Both the position numbers and the translations under genes were made by a program. Below are positions 15,087 through 29,200 of a stretch of DNA of 64,000 nucleotides, one piece after another. Source of the DNA: Eledone cirrhosa (Eukaryota); the NCBI GenBank assembly GCA_964016885.1, contig OZ024743.1, forward strand, positions 292,330,001 through 292,394,000. The letters are read 5' to 3'. How positions within the stretch are numbered: position 1 is the first letter of the stretch; each line of letters opens with the position of its first letter. Under the pieces are notes generated by a model. It was given only the letters and a program-made list of their open reading frames with translations. It searched no databases and had not been told where the DNA came from.

Positions 15087-15684
15087 ATATATATATAATT
15101 TTTAATGTATATATATAACGAATCATCCATGGTTATATTAGGTAGCATGGTGTAGAGATTTGCATATTGTACAGATTTGCATATTGTACAATTTTGGATT
15201 GTTGACTTAGGATTCAGAAACCAATAGAAAATATTGTATAATATCTAACGATTAGGTTCAGGTCTGTATCAACCTGCTTGTATTTTCGTCGATGTGGTGG
15301 CTTCTCTGGAATTCTCCGCTTAACTACAGTTTTCAATTTGTACGCCTTTAACGCATGTTTATTACTCTGAGATTCAATTTATCGATTTATCAGTATAATC
15401 TTATTGAGTGCTTCGTGCAGAACTACCGACTATTGTGCTTTCTTGGGATGCAAACCTATGTTGAAATTTCGATTTTACTCACATTATATATATATAATGG
15501 ACGGTGGATTGGCAGTATCGGTAGAGGGTCGGATGCCATGCTTTGGAGCAAAGAGTTAATGCCATTTATGGTCTGACTTCAAATCCCGCCGAGGTTAACT
15601 TTGCCTTTCATCCCTACGGGGTCGATAAAAAAAGTACCAGTAATACACTGGGATAATTGCTGGCCTTGTGCCAAGAGTAGAAAC

Positions 15685-15732
<48 letters not shown>

Positions 15733-17494
15733 GGGGGGGGAGAAAGAGGTATATCAAATATTAGATGGATACTGAACCGTCGTTTTTACGCCAGTTCTTC
15801 TAAGCTTTCTCGAGTTGGACGAAGGCGTGAACATTTCCAGAAGTTTCTAGTGGTGATAATTAATTCTGGGTATACGGCGCCAGTCACACACATGGTTTTT
15901 CTTCTGCTTTTGCGGGTACTTATTTTCACCTGAGTGAACTAACTTCCTTGTCCAAGAACGCAAGGCACTAGCAAATGTACGATTTGAATAACCAACCTCA
16001 TCATCAGCATCCCAATCCCTTAAACCTTTATCCCTAAAATGACGGGTTGTGCATAGTTAGAATAGCATATTTTAAATAAATGCTTGTTTAATCGGGAATA
16101 GTCTGAGTTAAACAATAACAATAAAAACAAATAATATAAAAGTCTCCTCAAGAAGCCATCAGCCACCTAAGCCAAAAAAACGAAGCAAGCAAAACAGGTC
16201 AAACAAAAGAATTTACCTGGACCCCTGGAATTGATGGTATAATCCAGTAAAGGGTTTCTGCGACACCTAAATCAATTATACTGCCCGCTTACATATTAAG
16301 CTTTTGGTATAATGATCGAACAAGGCTGCCACTTCGACAGCAGGTATTTTGTTCTCAGCCAGCGATCGGGATCCCGGCAGTAGTAATGTGTAGTAGTGAT
16401 AACTCCACGTGTATTACCCTACAGGGAGGTAACCCCTTTTTTTGGCAGATGAATTCAACACGTGTAAAATTACTGCAAGAATTAATATATATTTATATAA
16501 GACAATTATCAAAGTTGTGTTCAAATCATTTAATAGCTGACAATCGTTTCTTCCAAAATTTCGTTTGGAATCATCAGAGCAATATCAATGTTTGTACATA
16601 TAATTAACCTCCTATTCAACTGAACAATCATATAGATACATATGTATTGATGTTGTGAGCAACAGTTTCGTATTTACAGGGTTTACTGGATGCGACACAT
16701 ATTATACGAGAATTGTACAATAATTCTAATTAAAATTAAAAGCACAGAGTGGAATGCATGCAACAGATAATACAAGCGAATAGTCTAATAATTAAAGAGG
16801 CATTGGGAAAGAAGCATTGAGAAAGAAAGAGTACATTAGCAGTACATATGCAAGCGTGAGAAAATGCACATATATATGAGAAGGAAATATGCAAAGATAT
16901 TATGCATATATAGAGAAATAAATAAATACTGTATGGTAAGCAAATATGTTAATGTATTAAAAGTTATGGCGGATGTAATATGTTGATTGTGTACGATGTT
17001 CTTACATTGAGCTAGTTCTATACGAAAGTTGTCTATTTGAAACACCAAGGTGTGTTGAATAACATGTTCGTCATTCGACTAACAAATGAATATGTGAATA
17101 CGAAGACAAGGTGACAAGATTATAATGGCTCTAGAAATAGCATGCATTTTACCCGTCTATCTTCTCAACAATTAAGTTGTAGCAAAATGACGTACATATT
17201 TTTCAACGTATGAAGTTGTTTAAAACAATTGTCTATTGAATGTTTTTATTTTTTATCCAAATAATCCCTCCGATTAAGGAATTTCTACCAGCATTAGTTG
17301 TTTTAATCTATTGGAATAATTAATATTGTTTCTAAATTCCAGAAACTGCAGCCAGAGATAGGGCATGAAAGATGAGCGAAACTTTCTAATATTACTGTCT
17401 AACTTGCGTTCCCCCTAGTGGATGTTTTGGCATTAGCTATGTATTTTTTGATATTCTTCATTGAGATATCCATATAACTTTCTGCCTGCCTTTC

Positions 17495-17637
<143 letters not shown>

Positions 17638-18924
17638 TAGAGATAAGTCTAACATACCTGTATACATTGGATGTATGTATATATTTTTGGATGTACGTTT
17701 ATTTGTTCGGAAACTGTTCTGACCTGAAAGATCGACACTGGCGCCTGTTTTGCTCGGATGCCCTATCCGTATGTTAGGAACATGTGTCTCCATTATTAAA
17801 AGAGTAACTTATCTTACGCTGTCTATCAATTTTAGATATCATTACAGAACGGTTGATTGGCAGTATTGGTATATATCCCCGAAGCATGTTTTGTGGCATA
17901 TAGTTACGTTCCTTTACGTTCTGAATTCAAATCCCACCGAGGTTAGTTTCAGCTTCCACCCTTATGGAGTTGATATAGTAAAATACCAGTAACTCACTGG
18001 GATCAATTCCTTAAAATTTCCCCTTAATGTTCTCCATAAATCCCTTGGTGTTTGTGTTGCTGAGCAAAAATTATTTCTAATTACGTCTTACAGTTTAAGA
18101 TATGCGATTTTGATTTGATGAGGTAAACCGGATTGGAATTAATCATAAACAATACTAGGAAATATTGAATTGCAATCGACAGGAGATTATTAGATATGGT
18201 AGAAATTAACCCTTTCAATACCATATTATAATGGAAGATACTTCCTATGATTGTCAAGTAATTTCGAAAATAATTAGAATTTAGAAGGATTATTAAGCTG
18301 GTAGTATCAGATAGGATCAGCAATGGAAGAACTAATGAAAACATAGTTTTCTGGGTCCAGGATCATAACGTAAAGATTATGATGGAAATGATTTAGAAAA
18401 AAGTAAAACTTAAACCAAGTAGGGGTGGTTACAGGTGGATTGATATCAAGATCGTTAAATAGAAACAGATAAACATAGCATGATATCTGAGTGAATTCCT
18501 AGTTGATGAGTGAAATACTATGAGACAATGTATAATAATGTCAAGAGAACTGCTCAATACAGACGATAAACATTTGTACTTCGACTGAAATAGGTAATTC
18601 GGTTAATTTGTTGTGAAAGGCTCGTAGTGACACTTCCGAACAATGTATCATATTTTTTTATTCCACGCATATGTATATATATTTGTGAATATACACATAT
18701 ATATCTATGTATATATGCATGTAAGCATGTATACATGCAGGCATATATGTACGTATGTACGTACGTACGTGTATATCATTCCGCGATGTATATTGGCGAA
18801 ATATGTGACCATGGATTTTATAAAATTATTGGTGCTTTCAATTTAAGTTCCTTGTGATATTGATTTTATCTGAATTACACAGAAAAAACCCCCGTCACTC
18901 TCGTCATCACTAAATAAAATAAAC

Positions 18925-19262
18925 CAGAGTTTTACATGCTACACACGTGGGCATGCTTACAGAGTCAGAAAACAGCACAACCCCATTGACTTTCGGAAAC
19001 ATTGTTTCACGCTCAGAGTTGCTGAAGCATGGAACAAACTACCTGCATCAGTTATTAGCTGTCGAGACACTGCATCCTTTAAAACCTCCATGCTTCCTGA
19101 GATTCGCCAACACTGCACTTAATATTCCCCCTCCACACACACGCACACATGTATATCATAACTCATGACTATTCACTTCCCTGATATTTGTATATTATTC
19201 TATGTACTATAATGCACCTTTGATGAGTTGTAGTGCACCTGAGCACTGTACACAATAATTCG
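18925..19262 (+). mobile_element. CR1-clade LINE 3' fragment
   Basis: An unlisted frame reads TRGHAYRVRKQH...FRKHCFTLRVAEAWNKLPASVI...SFK, the typical CR1 ORF2 C-terminus. Confidence 0.75.
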
Positions 19263-20420
19263 ATTAATTCAAGATTGGTGAATCTACTAAATATAAAAAT
19301 ACCATCGTCTCAATAGCCTCTATATTTAAGATATAATGTGTAGTCAATGTAATTCTGACTAGAGCCAGGAAATATGTTGTATGCTCCCGGCAAGTCGAGC
19401 TTACGGTGATGGAATGTTCATTCTGATAAAAACCACTAGTGTTCCTTTAGCTATTACGGAGACATATTTTATCTTTTAAAAAAATATTTATTCCTTTTTC
19501 TTTGTAACTCATTCAAAGAACCAGGCAGATATCAGTTAATGTTTTGTACTATGTCGGTTATCACCGTGGAATAAAACGTTAGCTTCCGGCAAACTGTGAA
19601 CACAATGCAGTCTTAATTGTGTGTGTACTTATTTATTTGACTTCCATTGTTAATACCCTTGCGGAAGAGAAAGCAAGCATAAACGTTACAATATTCACAT
19701 TTTGCCCTCTCATCCATATAATGACGGATCTTTCGCTGCTTATTCCATCACAAATAAGAAATAAAGAACTAATTTATGCGATATTCTCTTAGGTTGGACG
19801 TAGACATGGATGGGTGAGTGGATACGCATTTCCATTTGTAATCACGAGTATCCGGGTTCCAACTCCCTACGCAGCTCCTTCAACGAGGTTCTTTGCATTA
19901 TCTTATGTCATCCCAATCTTTGTGAAGGAAAATTGGGTCGACAGAAACTTCGTAAAAGCCTGTCAGTATGACCGTACCAGTATGTATTTCAAATGTCAGG
20001 CCTAGGCAGATATTTTATCATAACTGACTCTGCATGTGAATTACGTTGTTATCTAAAGAGCTCACATGTCCACGGAATACTCAACAACATGTACGTTATT
20101 TCCTGATCAAGACATACCATTCAATAAATATTCAACGTTTAAACCAACACAAGATCCATTATTTACCTATTTTTAGGAGAATCTGACGTAGGAAAAATAA
20201 AACAGAAGAAAAAATAAATGTGTGATGTGAAGTTAATGTCTTCAAAGCAATGTTTGAAATAATTCAAATGACTAACTATATCCAAAAATTTGAAAGACAA
20301 AATAACCTGTAACTTGTATGTTGTCCACCTATCATTTTTTCACTCAGTAACTATTTCGTTAGGAAAGGATTCACATTAATAACAAAAATCAAATGTTTTA
20401 TCATCTACTATAATGCTGCT

Positions 20421-20430
20421 CTTCTTCTTC

Positions 20431-20477
<47 letters not shown>
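20421..20477 (+). repeat. (CTT)n(TTA)n tract, left boundary of the retrotransposon array
   Basis: Seen directly. Further (TTA)n spacers start at ~29795, 31653, 37588, 42982, 43219, 44158, 44481, 46017, 47526, 49038, 50023, 55947 and 56213. Confidence 0.95.
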
Positions 20478-20693
20478 GAATGCCATGGTTGACGGAGGCT
20501 CGGCTCTGTAAGGTATAGTAATTTTTAACCGTTAAAACAATTGTAAATTGTTTAAAACTTGAACCAAATTGTTGATAAAGACACCCTCCTCCTCGTGAGA
20601 GGGGTCTTTCTGTCCGTTATTTGGCCCTTCGGGGTTAAATAACCAGTTATTGGGGTTTTGTACCCAAAATTTCATTTTAAACAAAAAAACAAC

Positions 20694-22763
20694 ATGGCTA
20701 CGAAAAAGAAATTTCATACGTCACTCCCACTCATTCCGTCTTCTTCTTCCTCAATCATCACTACAGCAGAGAGAAGATTGTCTCTCTCCCTCCCTTCTCT
20801 TTCGCAAGTGACGAAAGAAAAGAAAAGTCTCGTGCAAAGCGTGCAAGGTTTCTCCACGACGACGACGACAGCGACGAAACAGGTTTGCGGGAAATACGAA
20901 AACCCAGTTCATTCGTCTGACGTCAGGAATAATAGCAGTAGCAGCCGTAATAACAACAGCAACAGTGACAATGAAAACAACAGTAGCAGCCGCAAAAGCA
21001 TCACCAGCAGCATAAACAACGACAGCATTAGCAGCAGCAACACCAACAACAACCACAGCAACAGCGGCGGAGGCAGTAGTCGTAGTACCTGCAGCAACAA
21101 CATAAGTACCAGCAGCTCTGACGACAACAACAACAGCAGAGAAAAACCAATCTCATTTGCAGGTATTGCGAAAAACTTGGAAACAATCCTCATAACAAAT
21201 GAGGAATTAGAGGAAGCGAAGAAGATGGTGACAAAGAACGGACACCGAGCAATCTGCAAGGCAGCGGAAAAACTTTTCGAAACCCAAGAGCACTGTACGG
21301 TCACGTACCGTACAGTAAGTACAAAATCCCGTAGAGTGGAAAGAGCCACAGAGGCCCAAATACAAAAAGCCTTGGGGTCTGTGTGGCAGCGGAAAACGCA
21401 CATCACCCGAGGCAAAAAATATGCCACCGTAGACGTACTTTTTGCCACACCCCAGGAGGCAAAGGCCCAATCAGTAGTGACCCTAAGGAGCGAGGAAATG
21501 GTGTTGGTGCCCTCCTACTGCGGGCAAAAAATTGTGAGGGTCAAACTGACCCACGTCCCCCCCGGAATGACCCCTTCTTGGCTGGCCGCGTCTGTCCTCG
21601 TCGGAATCGAGGACAAAACAACTGTACTGCAAGTACAGAAAAAAGTAAGAGAAGATTGGGTCGGCTCCTCCATTGAGATGCTAATCCAAACCAACCAGGA
21701 GTGCATCGAAGCTATCCCGGATGTGATAGACTTCGATAACGGCACTCAACTGCCCATAAGTGTTGAGGGCAAACGCCCGAAATGCTTTCGCTGTTGATCG
21801 AAGACTCACCTCGGGGCCTTCTGCAACGAGGAGACCCTGAGAAAGAAGAAAACCCCCCTCCTTCCGAATCCGGCTCCACGGCTACCAGCAACAGGACAAG
21901 CGGCAACCAGGAACGATAGGTCCGTGGCACCCATACCCACTCCACGGAAATCAAAAACAGCAGCAGCAGTGGAAATATTAACAACAACAACAGCAATACC
22001 AAATGCAGCAGCAACAGAGACTCCAGTGCAAACATCACCAACAACAACAAGTGAAAGAGTGGAGCTGGTACCCCTCCCCGACCTCACAGAATCAGACATG
22101 GAGTGTGAGGTGGGAGAGGGATGGCAAAAGGTCGTAAGAAGGCACAAACGCAGAAGCAGCGCATCGTCGCCTTTGAAAAGGGAGGAAAGAAATGAGAAAA
22201 GGGTAAAGTCTACTGCAAAGAGACCCACAGCAGCAACAACACCAACACCATCACCACCCACACTAGCACCACCATCACCACCGGCGACAACTCCACCGCC
22301 AACAACACCTTTAACACCACCACCACAAGCACCAACATCGCAAACACAACAACAAAACACACACACCCAGCAACAACGACAAGAAAATAGCAGAACCACA
22401 CCCCACCCCCAGAAAAACAAATGCACGGCAATAAACACACACAACAAGAAACTAATGACTTACATAATTGAACACACAGACATTTCACAACAGGACTACA
22501 TAATACCAGCACCAATCAAAACGCCAACTAACATAAGACTGCTAAAAATAGCACAGAAACAATACACAAACATTAAAACGAAATTCCCCAACGCAGTTGG
22601 TGATTTCAGGGACCTAGGAGGAACCATCAATCGAAGAGTATATTCAGACATTCTCTTAGAAGAGCCGACGAACAGCCGAAGGGACGATTCAACGGTCCCT
22701 TCACCAGACGATCAAGTGAAAAGGGATGTAAAAACCATCCCTCCTCTACCAAAAGTACGGTAA
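20694..22763 (+). pseudogene. Tx1 ORF1 (gag-like, CCHC knuckle), disrupted
   Basis: ATG at 20694. Knuckle CFRC*SKTHLGAFC with TGA at 21795-97, then a frameshift into the Pro/Thr-rich C-terminal part ending at 22763. Confidence 0.8.
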
Positions 22764-22798
22764 GTGGTCTTTCCCATCTTTTCCACTCTATTTTAAAC

Positions 22799-25700
22799 AT
22801 GACCTCACTCAGAATAGGCAGCATAAATGCGCGTGGCTTGGGGTCGTCATGGAAGCAGGGTCACCTGCTCAACGACCTCAGGTCACTAAACATAGATGTA
22901 GTGGCCATCAGCGAGACCAGAATCTCCGAAGCACGGGCCTTCGCACCGATCTTCGGCGGCTACGATGTGTACGCATCTGCCAGCCGTCCTGGATCGGGAG
23001 GAGGAGTTGCTGTGCTTTTTCGGAGAGGCCGTCTATGCCCCGGCAGGAGCAGGGCGGCCTGATTTCTTCCGGCGTCTGGAGAACTTTCTTGGAACGTCCC
23101 GCTCTTTAGTGTTAGTGGGCGACTGGAACGGGATCTTAGATGCACGCTGGGACTGTGTGGGATTAGCGGATAGGGGTGGTGGGTGCAAGAGCCTCACCAA
23201 CCTGCTCAGGCGTTTTGAACTGTCTGACAGCTACCGATTGGATTTCCCGAATGTGCCAATGTGGACTTGGACAAACCGCATAGGGTCATCCAGATCATAT
23301 CTAGATAGAGTATTTTGTAGGGAAATAGATAGGTCTAGCATAGGCTGTCCACAATTCAAGATAGTCAGCTACACGGACTACAAATTCGTGACCTGTGTGC
23401 TTGACTTAGATAGGCTTCATAGACGAGGACCCGGCTACTGGAAGCTAAACGCGTCCTTACCAGCGCGCAAGGCCTACAGAGACCGGATTAGCGAACTAGT
23501 TAAGCGGGCGTTGACGGGGGCCATCGTCAACAACAAGTGGTGGTTTGCTCTGAAAAGAGCGATTAGAATAGAATCGATTAGGTTTAGTAAGGCTTTAGCA
23601 ATAGAGAAAAATAGAGCAGAGGGAGAACTAGTTAGAAAATTAGACGAGGCGCTTAGCAAAGGCATTGCGACCGACGTGCTTGCGGCGAAATTGGCCCTTG
23701 ACCAATTCTTCAATGCAAAGCACGAAGGCTGCGTTGTCAGAGCTGGGGTGCGTGCTCTCAGACACGAGGGGGCGAAAGCCGTTCAATGGGCCCGAGTGGC
23801 GGAGGCGCGTCGTGGCAACAAAGCCACGATCCGGTCTTTGGTGGACCACGACGGGCGCATGCTACTCGATCCCGGGCAAATGTGTGAAGCTTTTCAGCGA
23901 CACTTCGCTCAGCTGTTCGGGGGCAGCGGGGGGCCGGGTAGAGGGATGGACTTTAGTGTCTACCTCGACGGACTGCCGCGGCTCTCGGCCACTGAGGCGA
24001 AGTGTTGCGAAAAGCCGATAACAGCCGCTGAAGTAAGGGAGGCAATGACTGGCTGCACAAGGGGTATATCGCCTGGTTTGGATGGTCTGCCCTATGAACT
24101 TTACGTACAGATGCCAGACTTGTTCGGAGGCCTCTTGGCGGACGTCTACTGCAACTGGCAACAGAACGGGAGAATTCCCAGTTCTGTGAGCCGAGGAGCG
24201 GTGGCACTGCTGAGAAAGGATCCGAACAAGGGGGATAACATAGAAAATTTCCGGCCCATAACTCTGCTAAACACAGAGTTTAAGATTTTGGCCAAGGTGC
24301 TAGCAAAGAGTTTGGCGCTTGTCGTTGGTGGTCTGGTGGGAGAGGCGCAGACATGCGCCATTCCCGACAGATCCATCCACGACAACCTCCACCTCATGCG
24401 ATACATCGTAGAGAGGGTAGCTAGGGAACCTGGCACGGGTGGGTCCTTGATCAATTTAGATCAGTCGAAAGCTTTCGATAGGGTCGACCATCGTTACCTA
24501 GCGGAAGTCCTGAGGGCGGCTGGCTTTGGGCCCGTCTTCAGAGGCTGGATCGCTGCCATGCACAGCGACATCTGCTCTGTGGTGAGAGTGAACGGTCACC
24601 TGTCGGAACCGTTCAACATCATGCGCTCGGTCCGCCAAGGATGTCCCCTCTCGTCCCTCTTGTACGTATTGACTCTCGAGCCATTACTGCACAAACTGGA
24701 GACGTTGAGGGGAGTCCCGCGCGAACTAGGATGCGGAAGATCCGTGTCAGCATATGCGGACGATGTCACCGTAGTGGTGTCGAACGCCAAACACATCGAG
24801 GCGATCGGCACTACACTAAGAGAATACGAAGCGGTGACAGGAGCAATGATCAACCAGGAAAAGTCAGTGGGCCTGCAGCTCGGCACCTGGAGAGGCAGGT
24901 CCATGCCGTCCAACAGCGTCGTCGGGCGCTGGACGGATGGACCGGTTAAATTGCTAGGGGTCTGGTTCGGTCCGGACCTCCAGACGGACAAAAACTGGGA
25001 CGAGGTGACGAGCAGGGTGGCTTCTCTCACCCAGAAGTGGGCGGAGAGGAAGCTATCCCTGAAAGGTCGAGCGGAGGTGGCTAACGCGTACATCGCGTCT
25101 GTCATCTGCTACCGCCTAACCGTCGTACCTTGTCCTAAGCCTCGCCTGACTGCGCTGGAGCGTTTGCTCTTTCGCTTTTTGTGGAAGGGACGTGCTCCGA
25201 TGGTCAGGCGGTCCATCTGTTGTCAACACCAGCTACGTGGAGGGCTGGGCATGCCGTGGCTGATGATGCGCAGACACGCGCTCAGGCTACGACATCTCCA
25301 CCTCTTCCTCGACGGTGATCAGGTGTGGTCGCCGTTTGCAAGACACGTTTTTCCCCAGCTCGCCTCCTTGACGGAGCTGCAGTCCTGGGTCAAGCGAAGA
25401 CCGAGAGGGAGCGCTTGGAGACTGGAATGTCTTCAGGCGCTCACAGCCCTCGACCAATCGGGCAATGTGATCGGTGGAAACTCCACCTTGGCGTTCTATA
25501 GGGGATTAGTGGAGGGGAAGAGCGACGACGTACTTGGAGAAACTCTAGGCGTCGACGAAAATCAACTAGCCAATCTCTTCGGAAGGACTTTCGGGCCGGG
25601 GCCTATGGACAACTTCCAGAAATCCCTGGCCTGGCAGTGCTACCGAGGAGCTTTGCCAGTTCGGGATAAACTCTACAGGCATGGAGGTGCCGTCAGCCGG

Positions 25701-26120
25701 GCATGTCCGAGATGCGCGTAGGGCGACGAAACCGTCCTGCACGCACTCGTCCAGTGTCCGAGCATTGCTGACTTGTGGGTTTATGTCGAACACCTGCTGC
25801 CACGTGTAGGACGGATCCAGCTATCAGCTGAGTCCATCGTGAGGATTGCCCCGCCCCTTTCCTTTAGCCTGGAAGGGCAGGCAGTTTTTATCTGTCTGGT
25901 GGCCATGGCGAAAGAGATAGTATGGTGGACACGTTTGAAAGGGCTGAAGACGAGCACTTACCTCTTCGGTGATGCCCTGATTAACTTTTTCAAATTTCAT
26001 TTGAAAAGGAAAATCAGGGTAGAGAGGGAAGTGCTCTCTTCCCAGCATTTTGTTGAAAGATGGGTGAGAGAAGCAAGTATAGCCCGAATGAATGGGCCTT
26101 CTCTGAGTATGTGTCTGTAA
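22799..26120 (+). pseudogene. Tx1 ORF2 (APE endonuclease-RT-zinc finger), disrupted
   Basis: SINARGL, ISET, GDWN, SYLD, RPITLLN, QGCPLS, YADD, CPRC..ETVLHALVQC. Has a 98-bp deletion at 23028/29 relative to copy 2 and a TAG at 25719-21. Confidence 0.92.
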
Positions 26121-26280
26121 ATTAAAGGTGGAAAACTGGGAGAGGGCACTTGCCCTGGTGGTCAGGGCCACTGTGGTCTGTTAATGGGCTTTCTCCACAA
26201 ATGTCCCTCGGAAGTCTCCCCCCTATTGGGGAATTTTTCTTTGTTATTTTATTTCATCCTCTGTTTTTTATATCTGATAT

Positions 26281-29200
26281 AAGTCTTTCTATATTATATC
26301 AGGTCTGTTTGCATCTATTTTTCGGTCTGTTTGGATGCTAAAGTTCCACAAGATTGAGATGTGATCTTTTTCAAGTATGGGAGGTGGTTGATGCTCCCAC
26401 CAATTCTTTTGATGGGGCAGGTCAAAATGCTTACACATTATCCAATGTATGTATTGTGCAGCTCTGTCATGCCTGTTTAGGTATTCGGTTGGAGCTATAG
26501 GACTGCACATTGAAATTATATGGTCAATGGTCTCTGGTTGTTTTTTGCATACACGGCATATTGGGCTGCACCCATTTTTTATTATGTTGGCTTGGTAATT
26601 TTTTGTTTTGCAGACACTGATCTTGTGCCGATATAATCAGTACTTCAGTCTCCGATTTCAGTCCAGAGGATACCAACCACTGATGGGTTAAAGTTTTGTC
26701 AACATCAGGATTGTTAGCTCGCTCTGGGTATTTTCCATACAGAGGCTTTTCTTGCCATTTCTTAGCCAGTTTCTGTAGCAGTTCTTTCTTTTCAGTTACT
26801 TTTACCTGCTTTGCTTTTTCTGTGTTTTCCATTTCAGCAGTAAATGGGACTTCTGAAATTTGTAGTCCATTACTGTATCTTTGTGGATCTTTTGTAATGG
26901 AATATGATCTTTTTATGCTTTCGTATTTCAAAACGAGTTTGATCATCCAATCATGTGATTCCCTTAGATATGTAGATAATCCAATTGTTGCAGTTTTCAA
27001 CGCAATGTCTAACTGGATTAACCCACGTCCTCCTTCTTTCCTAGGGAGATATATTCTATCTATATCTGCTTTAGGGTGATGCATTCTGTGCATGGTTAAG
27101 AATTTTCGAATTTTTGTATCGAGCCTACGGATTTCTGTGCTTGACCAGTTGATGACATTGTAACTGTAGGTTACTACTGGTATGGCAAGCGTGTTTATGG
27201 CATCGATCCTATTCCTTGCATTCAATTCCGTTCTTAAGATTGCTCTTACTCTGCGGTAATATTCCTTCCTTATCCTTTCCCTCATTGTCGAGTGCTTGAT
27301 TCCGTTTCCTTCACAAACACCTAGATATTTGTAAGTTTTTTCTTGATCAAGTTCTCTTATCACGTTCCCCCGATCAAGATTAATGTCTGAACTCTTCAGC
27401 AGCTTTCCTCTGGTGAACGTTGCTTTGGCGCATTTATCTAGTCCAAACTCCATTTTAATGTCATCACTGAACTGCTTCACTGTGGATAATAGCCCTTGCA
27501 ATTGTTCATCATTTTTTGCAAATAGTTTCAGGTCATCCATGTAGAACAGGTGATTAATGGTTTTGTCATAGACTTTATATCCATGTTTTGTTTCATTGAG
27601 CATTTTACTTAATGGTATAAGTGCGATGCAGAATAAAAGTGGTGATAAAGGGTCACCCTGAAAAATTCCACAATTAATGTTAACTTCTCCATCTTCCAGT
27701 GATTTTGTTTCACTATTCAAATGGAGTGTCGTTTTCCATGTCTCCATACTGAATGACAAAAACCTCCTGACAACGGGGGATATTTTGAAAATCTCTAAAC
27801 ATTTTTCAATCCAACTGTGTGGCAAACTATCGAATGCTTTTTTATAATCTATCCAAGCAATCGATAGATTTTTGTGTCTATTATGACAATCTTCCAGTAT
27901 CATTTTGTTAACCAGAATCTGATCCTTACAGCCATATGAGCCTCGTTTACACCCTTTTTGCTCAATGGGAAATAGGTCATTTTTTATCAGGTGGTCATAT
28001 GTGTATTCAGTTAGGACTGATGTTAAAATGTTATACATTGTGGTCAAGCAAGTTATCGGTCTGTAATTTTCGGGATTGTTTGTCTCATCATTCTTCGGAA
28101 GCAGGAATGTAATGCCGTTAACCAGCCATGAAGGTATCTTTTCTGGCTCCTTAACTATTTCATTGTAAAGTTGGGCTAACAGCTCATGAGATTCTGTGAA
28201 GGCATTTATCTAAAAGTTTTGTATTTTGTCTTTTCCTGGGGATTTCCTTTGGCTGGTTTTTCTTAGAGCCAAGCGCAACTGTTCAACTGTTATATTTTCC
28301 CATGTTTGTTCCTCATGGTGAGCTGTATCTTTCATTTGTCTGTCTATCCATGGGGCATGTATGTTATGAACTTTTTCTTCGACCCAGATCTTTTCCCAGA
28401 ATTCTTGCACTTCCTCCTTGGGTGGTATTGATTTAGCAGTTATTGTTGACTTACCAATTTTTCTGTAGAAGTTTCTTTGGTTGTTTTTGAACATATTATT
28501 GTCCTTATAGAATCTAGATCGTTTTTCAAAGCGCCTTATACGAGCAGCTTTGGCCGACACTTTTTGCTTGATTATTTCTAAGAGCATGTCTATGTCACAT
28601 GTTGATTTTTCAATTTTCTAAGTTTAGTTTGTTTAACATGTTCACCTACTTTATAGTTTGTTAAAATTTCTATGTCAGATCGGAGAAGGTCTATTTGGCG
28701 ATTGATGTTCTCTTGCCAAGTAGATTTCTTGTGGGAATTCCTTTGTTTTTTCATCTTCACTCCACATAAGTGCGTGGTGACTTTAGCCGATGCATAATAG
28801 AGATGATTTAAATCAGTAATGTTTAGTTTGTTTGTGATGATAATGTTTTTGAGAACTATGTTAGTCTTGTGTATTATCCTTTGGTTCTGTTTGGAGTTCT
28901 GGATCTTAGGGGGGGGGGGGTATCTCGTCGCCCCATGTCAGATTCTTTCATTTTCATCCATTCGATCATAATTTCATCCTTCAAGTTGGCAAGTTCATTT
29001 TCATTCATTTCTTTATCATTTACGATCTCATTATTTTCATTTGGAGTTTCATCCTGAGCATGCACTCCCTCCAATTTTCGATCCTTTCTTTAATTTGTTC
29101 TGTTGCCAGTGATGCCGCCCCAACTCTGGGATTCGAAGTGTTACAGTTTACCTCGTTTTCACTGACACATGTTTCATTTTCCCTTCGCTGACTTTGTGCT

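Larger units (their letters stand above)
20478..26269 (+). mobile_element. Tx1/L1-clade LINE copy 1 (5' module type 1), 3' end deleted
   Basis: Two ORFs; APE, RT and C-terminal zinc finger; begins immediately after (TTA)n. Confidence 0.9.

Noticed and set aside
21795-21797. TGA in the ORF1 zinc knuckle as selenocysteine or readthrough
   Set aside because: It aligns with Gly in copies 2 and 3 (CVVCG), so it is most simply a GGA->TGA mutation in a copy with other lesions.
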